Shown here piece by piece: positions 9,144-18,479 of a DNA stretch of 63,665 nucleotides. The notes beneath the pieces were generated by a model. The model saw only the letters and a list, made by a program, of their open reading frames with translations, ran no database searches and was not told the DNA's origin. The translations under genes and the position numbers were made by a program. The stretch covers positions 1-63,665 of the forward strand of contig JBFLZG010000086.1 in the NCBI GenBank assembly GCA_040756235.1, written 5' to 3'. Numbering within the stretch: position 1 is the stretch's first letter; every line of letters begins with the position of its first letter. Source of the stretch: a bacterium. Lineage in GTDB: Bacteria > Desulfobacterota > DSWW01.

Positions 9144-10466
9144 CTATTTCTTCCGGTCGGATTCGATGTTGCTCGCCTTCTGCTTCTGCGCGAACTGCCC
9201 CGGTTTGTCCCGGTAGACGTCCAGCGCTGCCTGCAAGGCCGGGCTGTTCTGCAGCCACTGGATCCCGTTGCGCTCCACGGCCAGCGCCGTCTCGATGCTG
9301 CCCCCTTCCGCAGACCGGTCCATGACCTCCTTGCCCATGCGCAGAGCGATCGGGCTCTTGCTGCCGATGACCCGGATGGTCTCTTCGAGCTTCTCCTCGA
9401 ACTCCTCATCCTTGAACACCCGGGTCAGGAGCCCCATTTCGTACATCTCGCGGGCCGTGTAATCCTTGCGGCCGCTGAAGACGACCTCCTTGGCGCGGGC
9501 GACCGGCATGCTCCTCGGCAGCCGTGCCGTTCCGCCCCAGCCGGGCAGGATTCCCATGTTGATCTCGGTCGTGCCCAGCTTCGCCGATTCGGGTGCGTAC
9601 AGAAGGTCGCAGCAGAGGGCCAGCTCCAGCCCCCCTGCGAGGCAATAGCCGTGGATCTTTGCGATCACCACCTTCTCGCACCCGGTGATCGCTTTCTGCA
9701 CGTCCAGGCCTTCGTGGGCGAGCCAGTCCATGGCGCCCCGATGTTCCGCGAGGGACGGGAAGATGGAGAGATCCCCTCCGGTGCAGAAGGACTTGCCGGC
9801 CCCGGACAGCACCACGACCCCTACCGATGGTACCTCTCGTACTCTTCGAAAGGCGTCGATGAGCTCTTTGGCCATCTGCCGGTCGATGGCGTTATGCTTG
9901 TCCGGCCGGTTCAGCGTGATCCTGCAGATGGCGTTGTTCTTTCCCCCGATCTCGTAGGTGATCATCTGATAGGTATCGGGCCGCATCGCGGAATCGCTGC
10001 CGGGCACGCCCTCTTCCGCCTCAGCGCCCTGCGGCGGCGCGGTCTTTCTCGCCTCGGCTCCCACGGGCCGGAACATGGGCAGGGCGAACTCCTCGGTGAT
10101 GTCCTCGAAGGCGACCTCCACGTCCATGCCGATGTGCACGTCTTCCGGGGGGCAGTCCACCACGCGGGTCATCATCCGGACGCCCTCGTCCAGGTCGACC
10201 AGGGCCAGCACGTACGGGAGGTCCGCCATGAACTTCGGCTCCACCATGTCCATCATGACCGTGTAGCTGTAGACCTTCGCCTTGCCGCTGGCCTGAGACC
10301 AGCCCAGGTTCGAGGACCAGCATTCGGGACAATACTTCCTGGGATAGAAGATCCCGGCCTTGCAGTCGCCGCACTCCTGGATGAGCAGCCTGTGCTGCTT
10401 GGCCGCCTTCCAGAACTCCCGGGTCCAGGGCTGCACCTCCGGCAACGGCTTCGCGTAATCGCTCAT
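9144..10466 (-). CDS. fusion: Zn-ribbon/OB-fold (DUF35) + enoyl-CoA hydratase (crotonase)
   Basis: N-half has CGDC..YPR.YCPEC and PYVLALVDLDEGVRM; linker; C-half has LNRPDKHNA, FCTGGDL, GGLEL, TTEINMGILPGWGG. ATG overlaps the thiolase stop (ATGA). Confidence 0.88.
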   Translation of the reverse strand: MSDYAKPLPEVQPWTREFWKAAKQHRLLIQECGDCKAGIFYPRKYCPECWSSNLGWSQASGKAKVYSYTVMMDMVEPKFMADLPYVLALVDLDEGVRMMTRVVDCPPEDVHIGMDVEVAFEDITEEFALPMFRPVGAEARKTAPPQGAEAEEGVPGSDSAMRPDTYQMITYEIGGKNNAICRITLNRPDKHNAIDRQMAKELIDAFRRVREVPSVGVVVLSGAGKSFCTGGDLSIFPSLAEHRGAMDWLAHEGLDVQKAITGCEKVVIAKIHGYCLAGGLELALCCDLLYAPESAKLGTTEINMGILPGWGGTARLPRSMPVARAKEVVFSGRKDYTAREMYEMGLLTRVFKDEEFEEKLEETIRVIGSKSPIALRMGKEVMDRSAEGGSIETALAVERNGIQWLQNSPALQAALDVYRDKPGQFAQKQKASNIESDRKK

Positions 10467-11644
10467 GGCAATTCCCTCCCCCACACCGTGGCGATGTTGT
10501 TCATCCCGGAGCCGCCGGCCGTGTTCTGGAAGACGTATCTGGCACCGGGCACCTGCCTTTCCCCGGCCTTGCCCATGAGCTGGCGCGCCGTTTCCACGTA
10601 GGTCGCCATGCTCACCCCCGAGCCGGTGTGCCCCCTGCCGACCGCGTCTCCGATCGTGGACACCGGGCACCTCCCGCCGGGCGAGGTGTGGCCCTCGCGG
10701 ATGAACCTCCCGGCCGTTCCTCGCTCGCAGACCCCGATCGCTTCGAGCATCATCGGGATGGCGAAAGGATAGGCGATGTAGAGGTTCCAGATGTCGATGT
10801 CTTCGCGGGTGACGCCCGCCTCCCGCAACGCCGTTGCCGCCGATTCGCGCCAGCCCTTCTCCACCGCCTTGTGATCCCGCAGGATGGGACAGGCGGAGAA
10901 GTAGGCGGCCCCCTCTCCGAGCTTGTAGGCCGGCGTGTCCGTGACGTTCCTGGCCAGCTCCGCCGAGGTGACGACCATGGCGGCGCCGCCGTCCCCGAGC
11001 ACGTTGCATTCCCTCTTGCGCAACGGGGTCGAGATCATGCGCGAGGACAGAACGTCCTCCAGGGTCACCGGTTTCCGGTAGAACATGGAATTGGGGTCCA
11101 GGGCTGCCCACTTGCGCAGGGCCACGACCACGGAGGCCATCTCCTCGGAGGTCGTGCCGCTCTCGTACATGTACCTCTGAGCCATGAGGCCCATGACGCC
11201 GTTGTAGGTGGTGCCGAAGGGGTACTCCCACTGCAGGTCCATTCCCGCCGTGGCGAAGAAACTGATCAGCTCCGGGACGGGGATGGTGGAATGGACGGTC
11301 ACGTGCGGGATCAGCACGAACCTGGCCAGCCCGCTGTGGATCCACTGCTCGGCCAGCCGGAGGCAGTTCGATGTGGAGGCGCCGCCCGCATTGCAGATGC
11401 AGACGTCCTTGCAGCCCTTCAGGCCCAGCTCTTCGGGCAACTTGCCGAAGGAGATCTCGGCGGCGAGCCGCGGTTGTGCCTGGGGTGCGACCGTGATCAC
11501 CCCCTCGATCTCGTTCTTGTCGATTCCGGCATCCCGGACCGCCTGAATGCAGATCTCGTAAATGATGTCCCACGCAGATCTCTCCGGGTAGATACCGGTG
11601 GGCACCTCGCCGACACCGACGATCGCTAGTCTCCCCTTGCTCAT
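10463..11644 (-). CDS. thiolase-superfamily protein (SCP2/lipid-transfer type, lacking nucleophilic Cys)
   Basis: AIVGVGE start; 'NAGGAS' where thiolases have N.CAS; ECNVLGDGGAA; 'LYIAY'; 'GRGHTG'; RQLMGKAGERQV. Confidence 0.88.
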   Translation of the reverse strand: MSKGRLAIVGVGEVPTGIYPERSAWDIIYEICIQAVRDAGIDKNEIEGVITVAPQAQPRLAAEISFGKLPEELGLKGCKDVCICNAGGASTSNCLRLAEQWIHSGLARFVLIPHVTVHSTIPVPELISFFATAGMDLQWEYPFGTTYNGVMGLMAQRYMYESGTTSEEMASVVVALRKWAALDPNSMFYRKPVTLEDVLSSRMISTPLRKRECNVLGDGGAAMVVTSAELARNVTDTPAYKLGEGAAYFSACPILRDHKAVEKGWRESAATALREAGVTREDIDIWNLYIAYPFAIPMMLEAIGVCERGTAGRFIREGHTSPGGRCPVSTIGDAVGRGHTGSGVSMATYVETARQLMGKAGERQVPGARYVFQNTAGGSGMNNIATVWGRELP

Positions 11645-11747
11645 GCCTGCCCCTCCCGACGCCTGACTGGCTTCCGGTCTTTACCCGTCCGTCCGCCCCG
11701 GTTCGGGAGACCCGCCCGGATGCGGTGTCGAAGGTTGATTCTCCTCA

Positions 11748-12779
11748 TCAAACCTTGACTCTTCGCCTGCTCGTGTCGATGCCGAGCAGCTTCCCGAGAT
11801 TCCCGCCAAAGATCTTGCGCCGATCCTCCTGGGTGATCGGCGGGTAGCCGTAGCTCTCCTGCATGTCTTCGGGGATCTGGAATTCCCGCATCCCCTGGAC
11901 CGCCATGCCGATCTGCATGCCGAAGCCCGCGTAATCGCAGCCCCAGATGATCTTGTCCGGCCCCACCCAGCGCATCGCTTCACCGAGAATCTTGGCGAAC
12001 TTGCGGGGGGCCGTGAGCGCCCAGGGGACCAGAAGGCTCAAGGACTCGTACACGTTCGGGTGGGCCATGGCGATCATGTTCAGGTCGTCGCAGTAGGGAT
12101 ACCCCATGTGAAAAGCCACGATCTTCAGGTTGGGGAAGTCGCGGGCCACGTCGTCGAGCTGGAGCGGCAGGGCGTGCTTGCTCTTGCCGGGCGGGACCCA
12201 GGAGAACCCGGTGTGGATGTCGAGCACGATTTCGAGCTCCTCGGCCTTCTCGTAAAAAGGCCAGAGCTCGGGATCGTTGATGTAGGTGTCCTCGGGAGGA
12301 TAGTACTTGAAGAGCTTCGCCCCCCTCTCCTTGACCCAGTACCGGAGCTCCCAGATCGTGTTCTTCACTCCCTTGAACTTGATGGGGGAGAGGTTCGGCT
12401 GGTAGAAGAATCGATCCGGGTTGGATTCCACGATCCGGGCCATCTCCCCGTTGGAGACCCATCGTCCCGTGTAGCCCGTCGAATCCATCATCGACTCCGG
12501 CAGCAGGCAGGCGATGTCCATTCCATACTTGTCCATGGCCCGGAGGATGTTCTGCGGGTCGGCGTTCTTCTTCATTTCCCACTCTTCGATGCCGACCGCC
12601 CGGACGGTCTTCTCGAACATGGGGGGAGGACAGCCGGTGAGCAGGGGCCGGGCGATGTTGTCGATCGCCCGCCACCACATCTGGACTCCCGGGAAATGGT
12701 TGAACGGCTCCATGTCACCGATCAGGTGACACTCGGGATCGATCTTGAAAAAATCGTCCTGCGCAAAGACGCTGCCCAT
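11748..12779 (-). CDS. amidohydrolase_2 family protein
   Basis: 'IDPECH', K.YPP, 'IHTG', 'FPNLKIVAFHMGYP', 'IIWGCDY', 'KIFGGN' pattern. Start MGSVFAQ at 12779. Confidence 0.85.
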   Translation of the reverse strand: MGSVFAQDDFFKIDPECHLIGDMEPFNHFPGVQMWWRAIDNIARPLLTGCPPPMFEKTVRAVGIEEWEMKKNADPQNILRAMDKYGMDIACLLPESMMDSTGYTGRWVSNGEMARIVESNPDRFFYQPNLSPIKFKGVKNTIWELRYWVKERGAKLFKYYPPEDTYINDPELWPFYEKAEELEIVLDIHTGFSWVPPGKSKHALPLQLDDVARDFPNLKIVAFHMGYPYCDDLNMIAMAHPNVYESLSLLVPWALTAPRKFAKILGEAMRWVGPDKIIWGCDYAGFGMQIGMAVQGMREFQIPEDMQESYGYPPITQEDRRKIFGGNLGKLLGIDTSRRRVKV

Positions 12780-12829
12780 GATTCGCCCTCCTGACGGTTC
12801 GGCGGCCGCTCGGTCGGTTACGCGGACTC

Positions 12830-14197
12830 TCAGCGCGGGCCGGGCCCGCGGAACGGTCTCCAGCACTTCTCCAGGATCGGCACCTCTTTCTTCCACCAGG
12901 GCCGGTCGAGGGCCGGCATGGGGGCCTGGATCGCTCCCTTCGGCAGGATCGACTCGTGCTTCTGCCGCGGGCCGATCCTGTACTCGTCGAAAGCATACTC
13001 CCTGCCGAAGACCGGATTGTGCGGGCATCGAGGCCCGCACCCCATCAGGCACCTCGACAAGCAGATGTTGCAGCGCTTGCAGCGAACGATGTCCTCGGGG
13101 CGGCCCGCTGCGAGCTTGTTGGGGTACTCGGGGTCGACGAACAGCTGCCGTCCCAGGGCGGAGATATCGAACTTCCCGGCGGCCATGTCCTTCTCCGCCT
13201 TGAGGGGATCGTGCTGGGAGGCCACGATGACCGGGATCTTGATGGCCTTCTTGAAGTCTTTGCCGGCCTCCGGTGCGTGCTCTGCGCGGTCCGCGTCGAT
13301 GACCAGATGCCCCCCTTCTTCATAGCCGCCCCCGTCCGAAAGGCTGATGTAATCCGCCCCCCGGGCCTCCATGTCCTGGGCCACATCGATCATCTCTTCC
13401 CGGGTCAGGCCTCCTTCCATGTGCTCCTCTGCGCTGATGCGGACGCCGAGGGCGATCCCGGGACAGGCATAGCGCACCTGCTCGCAGATCTCGTTGAGGA
13501 AGCGTTTGCGGTTCCTCCACTCCCCTCCGTACAGATCCGTCCGCTTGTTGCTCAGGGGAGAGAGGAACTGGTGCTCCAGGTAACCGTGGGGGGCGTGGAT
13601 CTCGATCACGTCGAAGCCGGCAATCACGGCAAACTGGCAGCTCTGGGCAAATTCCTTCTGCTCGCTTCGGATCTCGTCGATCGACATGGCTCTGGTCATC
13701 TGCCCCACCAGAAAGCTGCGCGGGTGTTCCACCCGGCTCCAGGCGGCTGCGAGATGGTCTGCTGCCTTCTCCATGGCGATCTCGTACGGCAGCCCGGCCG
13801 TGGGGGCCGGCGCCAGCTCGTGGTGATCGTGCGAATGGCCCTGCCGGCCGAAGCCGATGGTCATCTGCGCGGCGGCGTGGGCCCCGAAGTAGTGGATCCG
13901 GTCGGTCAGCAGGACCAGCCCCTGCACATGACCCAGATGGAAGCAGTACAGGTTCCGGCCCCACACGAACTTCGAAGCCAGGCGGGTGCCCATGATGGCG
14001 CCCGTGCTGATCAGCCCCGTGCCGCCCTTGGCGCGCGCCGCGAAGTACGCGATCATCTGCTCGGTCGCCTCTCCGTCCACGCCGGAAAAGGTCTCGTTCA
14101 TCGGCGCCAGAGAGATGCTGTTCTTGAGCGTGACGGGCCCGATCTTCTTGGGTCCCAGAAGATGCGGAAACTGGGTCGCCTGCTGCTTCCTGGGCAT
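12830..14197 (-). CDS. NADH:flavin oxidoreductase (Old Yellow Enzyme family) with C-terminal Cys cluster
   Basis: LKNSISLAPM, ARAKGGTGLI, GFDVIEIHAPHGYL..QFLSP..NKRTD.YGG, CKRCNICLSRC..C. Confidence 0.9.
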   Translation of the reverse strand: MPRKQQATQFPHLLGPKKIGPVTLKNSISLAPMNETFSGVDGEATEQMIAYFAARAKGGTGLISTGAIMGTRLASKFVWGRNLYCFHLGHVQGLVLLTDRIHYFGAHAAAQMTIGFGRQGHSHDHHELAPAPTAGLPYEIAMEKAADHLAAAWSRVEHPRSFLVGQMTRAMSIDEIRSEQKEFAQSCQFAVIAGFDVIEIHAPHGYLEHQFLSPLSNKRTDLYGGEWRNRKRFLNEICEQVRYACPGIALGVRISAEEHMEGGLTREEMIDVAQDMEARGADYISLSDGGGYEEGGHLVIDADRAEHAPEAGKDFKKAIKIPVIVASQHDPLKAEKDMAAGKFDISALGRQLFVDPEYPNKLAAGRPEDIVRCKRCNICLSRCLMGCGPRCPHNPVFGREYAFDEYRIGPRQKHESILPKGAIQAPMPALDRPWWKKEVPILEKCWRPFRGPGPR

Positions 14198-14332
14198 GAC
14201 GCTCTCCCTCCCGTGTGGTTTGGTTGCCACCGATTTTTCTAGTGTCCTGAAACGTGCGCCAGATCATCAAGGGTCACGGCTGGGGCGAGCAGCCTTGGAG
14301 CTCGACCGCCGGACCCGTCTCGCATGAAGGCG

Positions 14333-15574
14333 TCAACCCTCCCCGAAGGAAACCGATCGAACCCGTTTGAGCGGGATGCGAAACGAACCGAAAGATGCCG
14401 CACCGGAGAGGGGAATCTCTCCGTCGACCTCGATCTCGAGCGCTTCGCCCTGCTTCGTGGTCAGCTCCGCCCGAAGCCGCCCCGCGTTCTCGCGCAACTT
14501 CACAATGGCAAGCCTGCTCACGTCCACCTCCACCTCCGAGTCTCCCAGGCGGCCCCGCAATACGTGGTCTCCGTTGAACGCGATCTCCCGGAGTCGCGTC
14601 TTCATTCCGGTGCTGTCCTCGATTTCACCCGATGCGGTTTGCGGCCGGGGGGCGCCCATGAAGCCGTGCTGGATAAGGTCCAGAACGATTTGGGCGCCCT
14701 CCTCCACGGAATAGCGGGGATCGATCATCTGCCAGTATCCCAAGCCTTCAGCCAGGACCAGCTGCAGGTACGCGATCAGGGCCTCGTCGTGCCGGATCCG
14801 GATGCGGCCTTCGGCGACGGCTCTGCGCAAGTCCTTCAGCATGGGCCGGCTCAGCACACGGAAAGCCTCGCTGGCCTTCCGCGCCATGACCGGATCGCTT
14901 CCGCCGACAGCTCCGCGGATCTCGTTCAAGATGCCTCGGTAGCCGGGGAAGGCCTTCAGGAATGCCACGCCTCTCTTCTTGCCTTTACGGAAGAAGTCCT
15001 GCTCAGACCGAATCTCCGCCCACGACTCTCGCGGCACGATCGTGACCGCCAGACGATCGATGCACTCCATGAACAGCTCTCTCTTGTTTTTGAAATACAC
15101 GTAGAAGGTGCTCTTCCCCATGCGCAGCTTCTCGGTGATGTCGCTGATCTTCGTGCTCTCGAATCCCCTTTCGGAGAACAGCTTGATGGCCATGTCCAGA
15201 ATGAGGATCTTCTCTCGGTTCTCCTGGTCTGTGCCCGTCCCCTCCGTGCTTCCCGCTCCCGCGAGCGGAGCTGCCGCCGGGTTCTCGGCCTCTCCGTCTT
15301 TCAGCAGGTCACGCCTGGTCGGGGGATTGTTCTTCTCGAAGATCTTCGCGATCTCGGCCAGGGACAACCCCTTCCTTTCTTTCAGCTGGCGGATCTGTCG
15401 CAGCCTGGTCAGATGGGTCTCGTCATAGAACTGCAAGTTGAGCCCGACCTTGTTCGGAGGGTGAAGAAGACCCAGAGCGAGATAGTAGCGGATGGCAGAA
15501 GAAGCGATGCCGGCTTCTTGCGCGAGCTCCGATGCCTTCATCTGCCGCCGCAGGTCTCTGATCTTGCGCTGCAT
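14333..15574 (-). CDS. MerR-HTH + TetR fusion transcriptional regulator with extra C-terminal domain
   Basis: MKASELAQEAG...IRYY..GLL (MerR), ILDMAIKLFSERGFESTKISDI....GKSTFYVYFKNK (TetR), plus ~90 aa beta-rich tail. Start is 15574 or 15541. Confidence 0.85.
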   Translation of the reverse strand: MQRKIRDLRRQMKASELAQEAGIASSAIRYYLALGLLHPPNKVGLNLQFYDETHLTRLRQIRQLKERKGLSLAEIAKIFEKNNPPTRRDLLKDGEAENPAAAPLAGAGSTEGTGTDQENREKILILDMAIKLFSERGFESTKISDITEKLRMGKSTFYVYFKNKRELFMECIDRLAVTIVPRESWAEIRSEQDFFRKGKKRGVAFLKAFPGYRGILNEIRGAVGGSDPVMARKASEAFRVLSRPMLKDLRRAVAEGRIRIRHDEALIAYLQLVLAEGLGYWQMIDPRYSVEEGAQIVLDLIQHGFMGAPRPQTASGEIEDSTGMKTRLREIAFNGDHVLRGRLGDSEVEVDVSRLAIVKLRENAGRLRAELTTKQGEALEIEVDGEIPLSGAASFGSFRIPLKRVRSVSFGEG

Positions 15575-15639
15575 GATCCCAGGACCTCGTCGCACAATCC
15601 ATTAACTGCCTGAAAAAACCGCATGGTACTAGTATGCAC

Positions 15640-15668
15640 AACCTATTAGCTACGCGGTGAATTGTCAA
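15640..15668 (-). promoter_or_regulatory. sigma70-type promoter for the regulator/catabolic operon
   Basis: Minus strand TTGACA (15668-15663), 17 nt, TAGGTT (15645-15640). Confidence 0.6.
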
Positions 15669-15743
15669 GGAGAAAATTCATCTGCGTTCGTGAAATCCGT
15701 AATAGATTGAAATATCAGTACAAATTCCAGGCAAATTTTTTAC

Positions 15744-15773
15744 TTGACAGGAGGGCTTGAATCGACATATGCT
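15744..15773 (+). promoter_or_regulatory. sigma70-type promoter for the DUF1329 gene
   Basis: TTGACA 15744-15749, 18 nt, TATGCT 15768-15773. Confidence 0.6.
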
Positions 15774-15820
15774 TCGCGCCAGGAACAATTGGTACTGTCA
15801 TGAAGTTGAGGGAGACGCAC

Positions 15821-17113
15821 ATGAAAGCCTCACCAGCATTCCTTACATTGGTCATGCTCTACGTGCTCTTGGCAAGCGGTCTCGGTGCCGATGAAGCGAA
15901 GCCCGAGATCATTGACAAGTCCAACTGGAACAAGGCTGAGGGGCTTGTACCGAAGCCGTTTCTGGAGGGGCTCAGGAAAGGGGGAATGATCGTCACTGTG
16001 AAGGAACCCGACTACGACACTGCGGAATTCTTCCCCGATTACGCCTTGGCGAGCATGCAGGACAATGTCGGGAAGTACGCGCTGGACGACAACGACATGA
16101 TCGTCGACACCCAAACGGGCAAGCTCGCAAAGAGCATCGTGGGATTCCCTTTCCCCAAAGTCGATCCGGCCGACCCGAAGGCGGCGATCAAAGTCATTTA
16201 CAACAAGCAATATGTGACCTACATCCTCGGGTTCAAACGGTTCACGACGATCACGACCTGGGTGGGCTCTGAGACGGGATTCGAGAGGGACGTCGAGGTC
16301 TTTTTCCACGATGCCTATCTGACCGGGTTCCCGGGGGCCAAGGCGTACCCGAATCCGAGCGACATCGAGCGGTACTCGATCATTTCCGTGCAAAAGCCCT
16401 ATGACCTGGCCGGCACTTCGATCATGCTCTGGCGCTATCTTTCCGATCAGGCAGACGTCAACTTCAGCTACGTTCCCGCCATTCGCAGAGTACGCCGGAT
16501 GACGCCGGCCAACCGGTCCGATGGATTTGTGGGTTCGGATTTCGCGGTCGATGATATCCTCGCCTACGACGGAAAGATCCCCCAGTTCACGTGGAAGCTG
16601 ATCGGTACGCAGGAGGCCCTGGTCCCGTATGTCTCCTGCGCGCCCCTGAGGGTGGAAGTATCTCCCCAGGGGGAATGGGTAATGGCCAAGGACCATCCCT
16701 CCATACGCTATGGATACCAGGACAAGACCTGGGGCGGATCTCCGTGGTGCCCCCTCAATACCATCTACTCGAAGCGTCCCGTCTATGTCCTGGAGGCCAA
16801 GTCAAAAGACCCCTACTACAATTATGGAACGCAGTACATCTGGGTCAGCGCCGACACATGGGGGCCTGCGTACAAGCTGGTCCATGACCGCTCGGGGGAG
16901 TTCTGGAAGTGGCTCTCCGTGACCACGTCCGGGTTTCGGAGCGACGACGGCAAGGTGAAGTTTCTTGCCTGGCTGGATCACATGGTCGTGGACCCGCGCA
17001 GGGAGCATGCCTCCATCATTTCCCAACTCCATCCGGACACGACACTTGTGTACAACGCGGTGCTCGACCTGAACGACTTCTCCCTTTCCGGGTTCCAGAA
17101 GTACTGCAAATAG
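15821..17113 (+). CDS. DUF1329 family exported protein
   Basis: Signal peptide; GFPFP, 'P.DLAG', 'YVPAIRRVRR', 'GSD..DD', VLEA..KDPYYNYG motifs typical of DUF1329. Confidence 0.8.
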   Translation: MKASPAFLTLVMLYVLLASGLGADEAKPEIIDKSNWNKAEGLVPKPFLEGLRKGGMIVTVKEPDYDTAEFFPDYALASMQDNVGKYALDDNDMIVDTQTGKLAKSIVGFPFPKVDPADPKAAIKVIYNKQYVTYILGFKRFTTITTWVGSETGFERDVEVFFHDAYLTGFPGAKAYPNPSDIERYSIISVQKPYDLAGTSIMLWRYLSDQADVNFSYVPAIRRVRRMTPANRSDGFVGSDFAVDDILAYDGKIPQFTWKLIGTQEALVPYVSCAPLRVEVSPQGEWVMAKDHPSIRYGYQDKTWGGSPWCPLNTIYSKRPVYVLEAKSKDPYYNYGTQYIWVSADTWGPAYKLVHDRSGEFWKWLSVTTSGFRSDDGKVKFLAWLDHMVVDPRREHASIISQLHPDTTLVYNAVLDLNDFSLSGFQKYCK

Positions 17114-17114
17114 G

Positions 17115-17154
17115 TAGAGCCTGTCCCCAAACGCCCATCTGCGGCGTTGCGCTC
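17115..17154. repeat. partial copy (one end) of the ~125-bp MITE-like element
   Basis: TAGAGCCTGTCCCCAAACGCCCATCTGCGGCGTTGCGCTC matches 63540-63579. Confidence 0.85.
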
Positions 17155-17175
17155 AGGGGAATGGAGGCAGAGAGC

Positions 17176-18267
17176 ATGGAAAACGGAAGGGTTCCGCTGG
17201 CAAGAAATTACGACGTCGTCGTGGTGGGAGGTGGTCCGGCCGGGGCGGCAACGGCAAGGGCCCTGAAGGGGCAGGGGTTGAAGGTTGTCATTCTCGAGAT
17301 GAAGAAGCTGCCCCGTTACAAAATGTGCAGCGGGATCCTTTTCCCGGGCGCTCTGCGCACGCTGTCCGGCATCTATGGCGGCGTTCCGGAGGAAGTCCTC
17401 AGCCATCCGTCACGGTGCAGGGGATTGAGGGTCTTTGTCGACAAAGAGTCCCCGATGATGGAGATGCCGGCAGATCTGATCGACCCGGAGCGAGGAAGCG
17501 CGGATTCCGGCTTGAGCGTGCGAAGGGGCGATTTCGATTCCTGGCTCTGCAAGGAGAGCGGGACGGATCTCGTAGATGGCTGCGTCTTTCATGATTTCCG
17601 CGAGCACGGGGATGATTTCACGCTGAAAGTGGAGATGGACGCGACCTACACGGAGCTGAAGACGCGCTATCTCGTCGGAGCAGACGGATGTATCTCGCGA
17701 GTTCGGAGAATCGCGTTTCCGGGTTTCGATCGGAAGCTCAGGCTGATCCCCAATTACGAGGAATGGTATCTGGGGACCGCCGATCTCGAGCCGGAGTGGT
17801 TGTATATGTTCTGTGACAGGTCCGTAACGGGCTTTTTCGCCACCCTGTTTCGGAAGGAGAACCATTGGATCGCCGTCACCGGGGTGCAAAGAGGAGAATC
17901 GGTCAAGGACTTTCATCAAAGGCTGATCGAGTATCTGAAGCAGAAACATGGATTTCACGTCGAGCAGAGAGAGAAGAGCTGCGGCATCGTCCTGCACGAT
18001 ATGTCGGCGACCGGGAGCTTTTGCCTGGGGAGAGGCAACGTACTGCTCGTGGGAGAGGCGGCCGGCCTCAATCGCTGTGCGGAAGGGATCACATCAGCCC
18101 TGCTGAGTGGCACCGCTGCCGGGGAATGCATCATCGAGAGCATGAGATCCGGAGAGAAGGCGTTTCAATTTTACTCCCGGGCGATCGAAAGCGAAATCCA
18201 AACGATCCGGAGTGTGAACGGACTGATCGAGAAAGCCCTCGGTTACAACCCCTTCACAAGGGAGTGA
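17176..18267 (+). CDS. FAD-dependent oxidoreductase, geranylgeranyl reductase family
   Basis: VVVVGGGPAG, LPRYKMCSG, GADG..S.VRR, LLVGEAAG...EGI..AL.SG. Confidence 0.88.
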   Translation: MENGRVPLARNYDVVVVGGGPAGAATARALKGQGLKVVILEMKKLPRYKMCSGILFPGALRTLSGIYGGVPEEVLSHPSRCRGLRVFVDKESPMMEMPADLIDPERGSADSGLSVRRGDFDSWLCKESGTDLVDGCVFHDFREHGDDFTLKVEMDATYTELKTRYLVGADGCISRVRRIAFPGFDRKLRLIPNYEEWYLGTADLEPEWLYMFCDRSVTGFFATLFRKENHWIAVTGVQRGESVKDFHQRLIEYLKQKHGFHVEQREKSCGIVLHDMSATGSFCLGRGNVLLVGEAAGLNRCAEGITSALLSGTAAGECIIESMRSGEKAFQFYSRAIESEIQTIRSVNGLIEKALGYNPFTRE

Positions 18268-18479
18268 GTGGAGCAGGTCCCTCTGCGAAGCCCCCTTGCG
18301 CCAGGTCAATCTATAAGGCGCTGGATCGGCGCCTGCACGAAAGAAGCACCTCGGCAAGGAGCGCATGGGGGTGTTCAGGGCCTTGAAAAGATTTGTGATC
18401 CCGAAAAGAATCTCAGTGCGCGAGCGATGCTGGGGTCTGTCGGGCGCGGCCAGAGGCAGTGATCAAGGCGAGAACGTCT

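Noticed and set aside
9144..11573. 809-aa ORF as listed, and similar 5' extensions (43060-45489, 58815-60677, 49391-51145, 21494-23593)
   Set aside because: The extensions overlap real genes in other frames; starts were reassigned using RBS and family N-termini.
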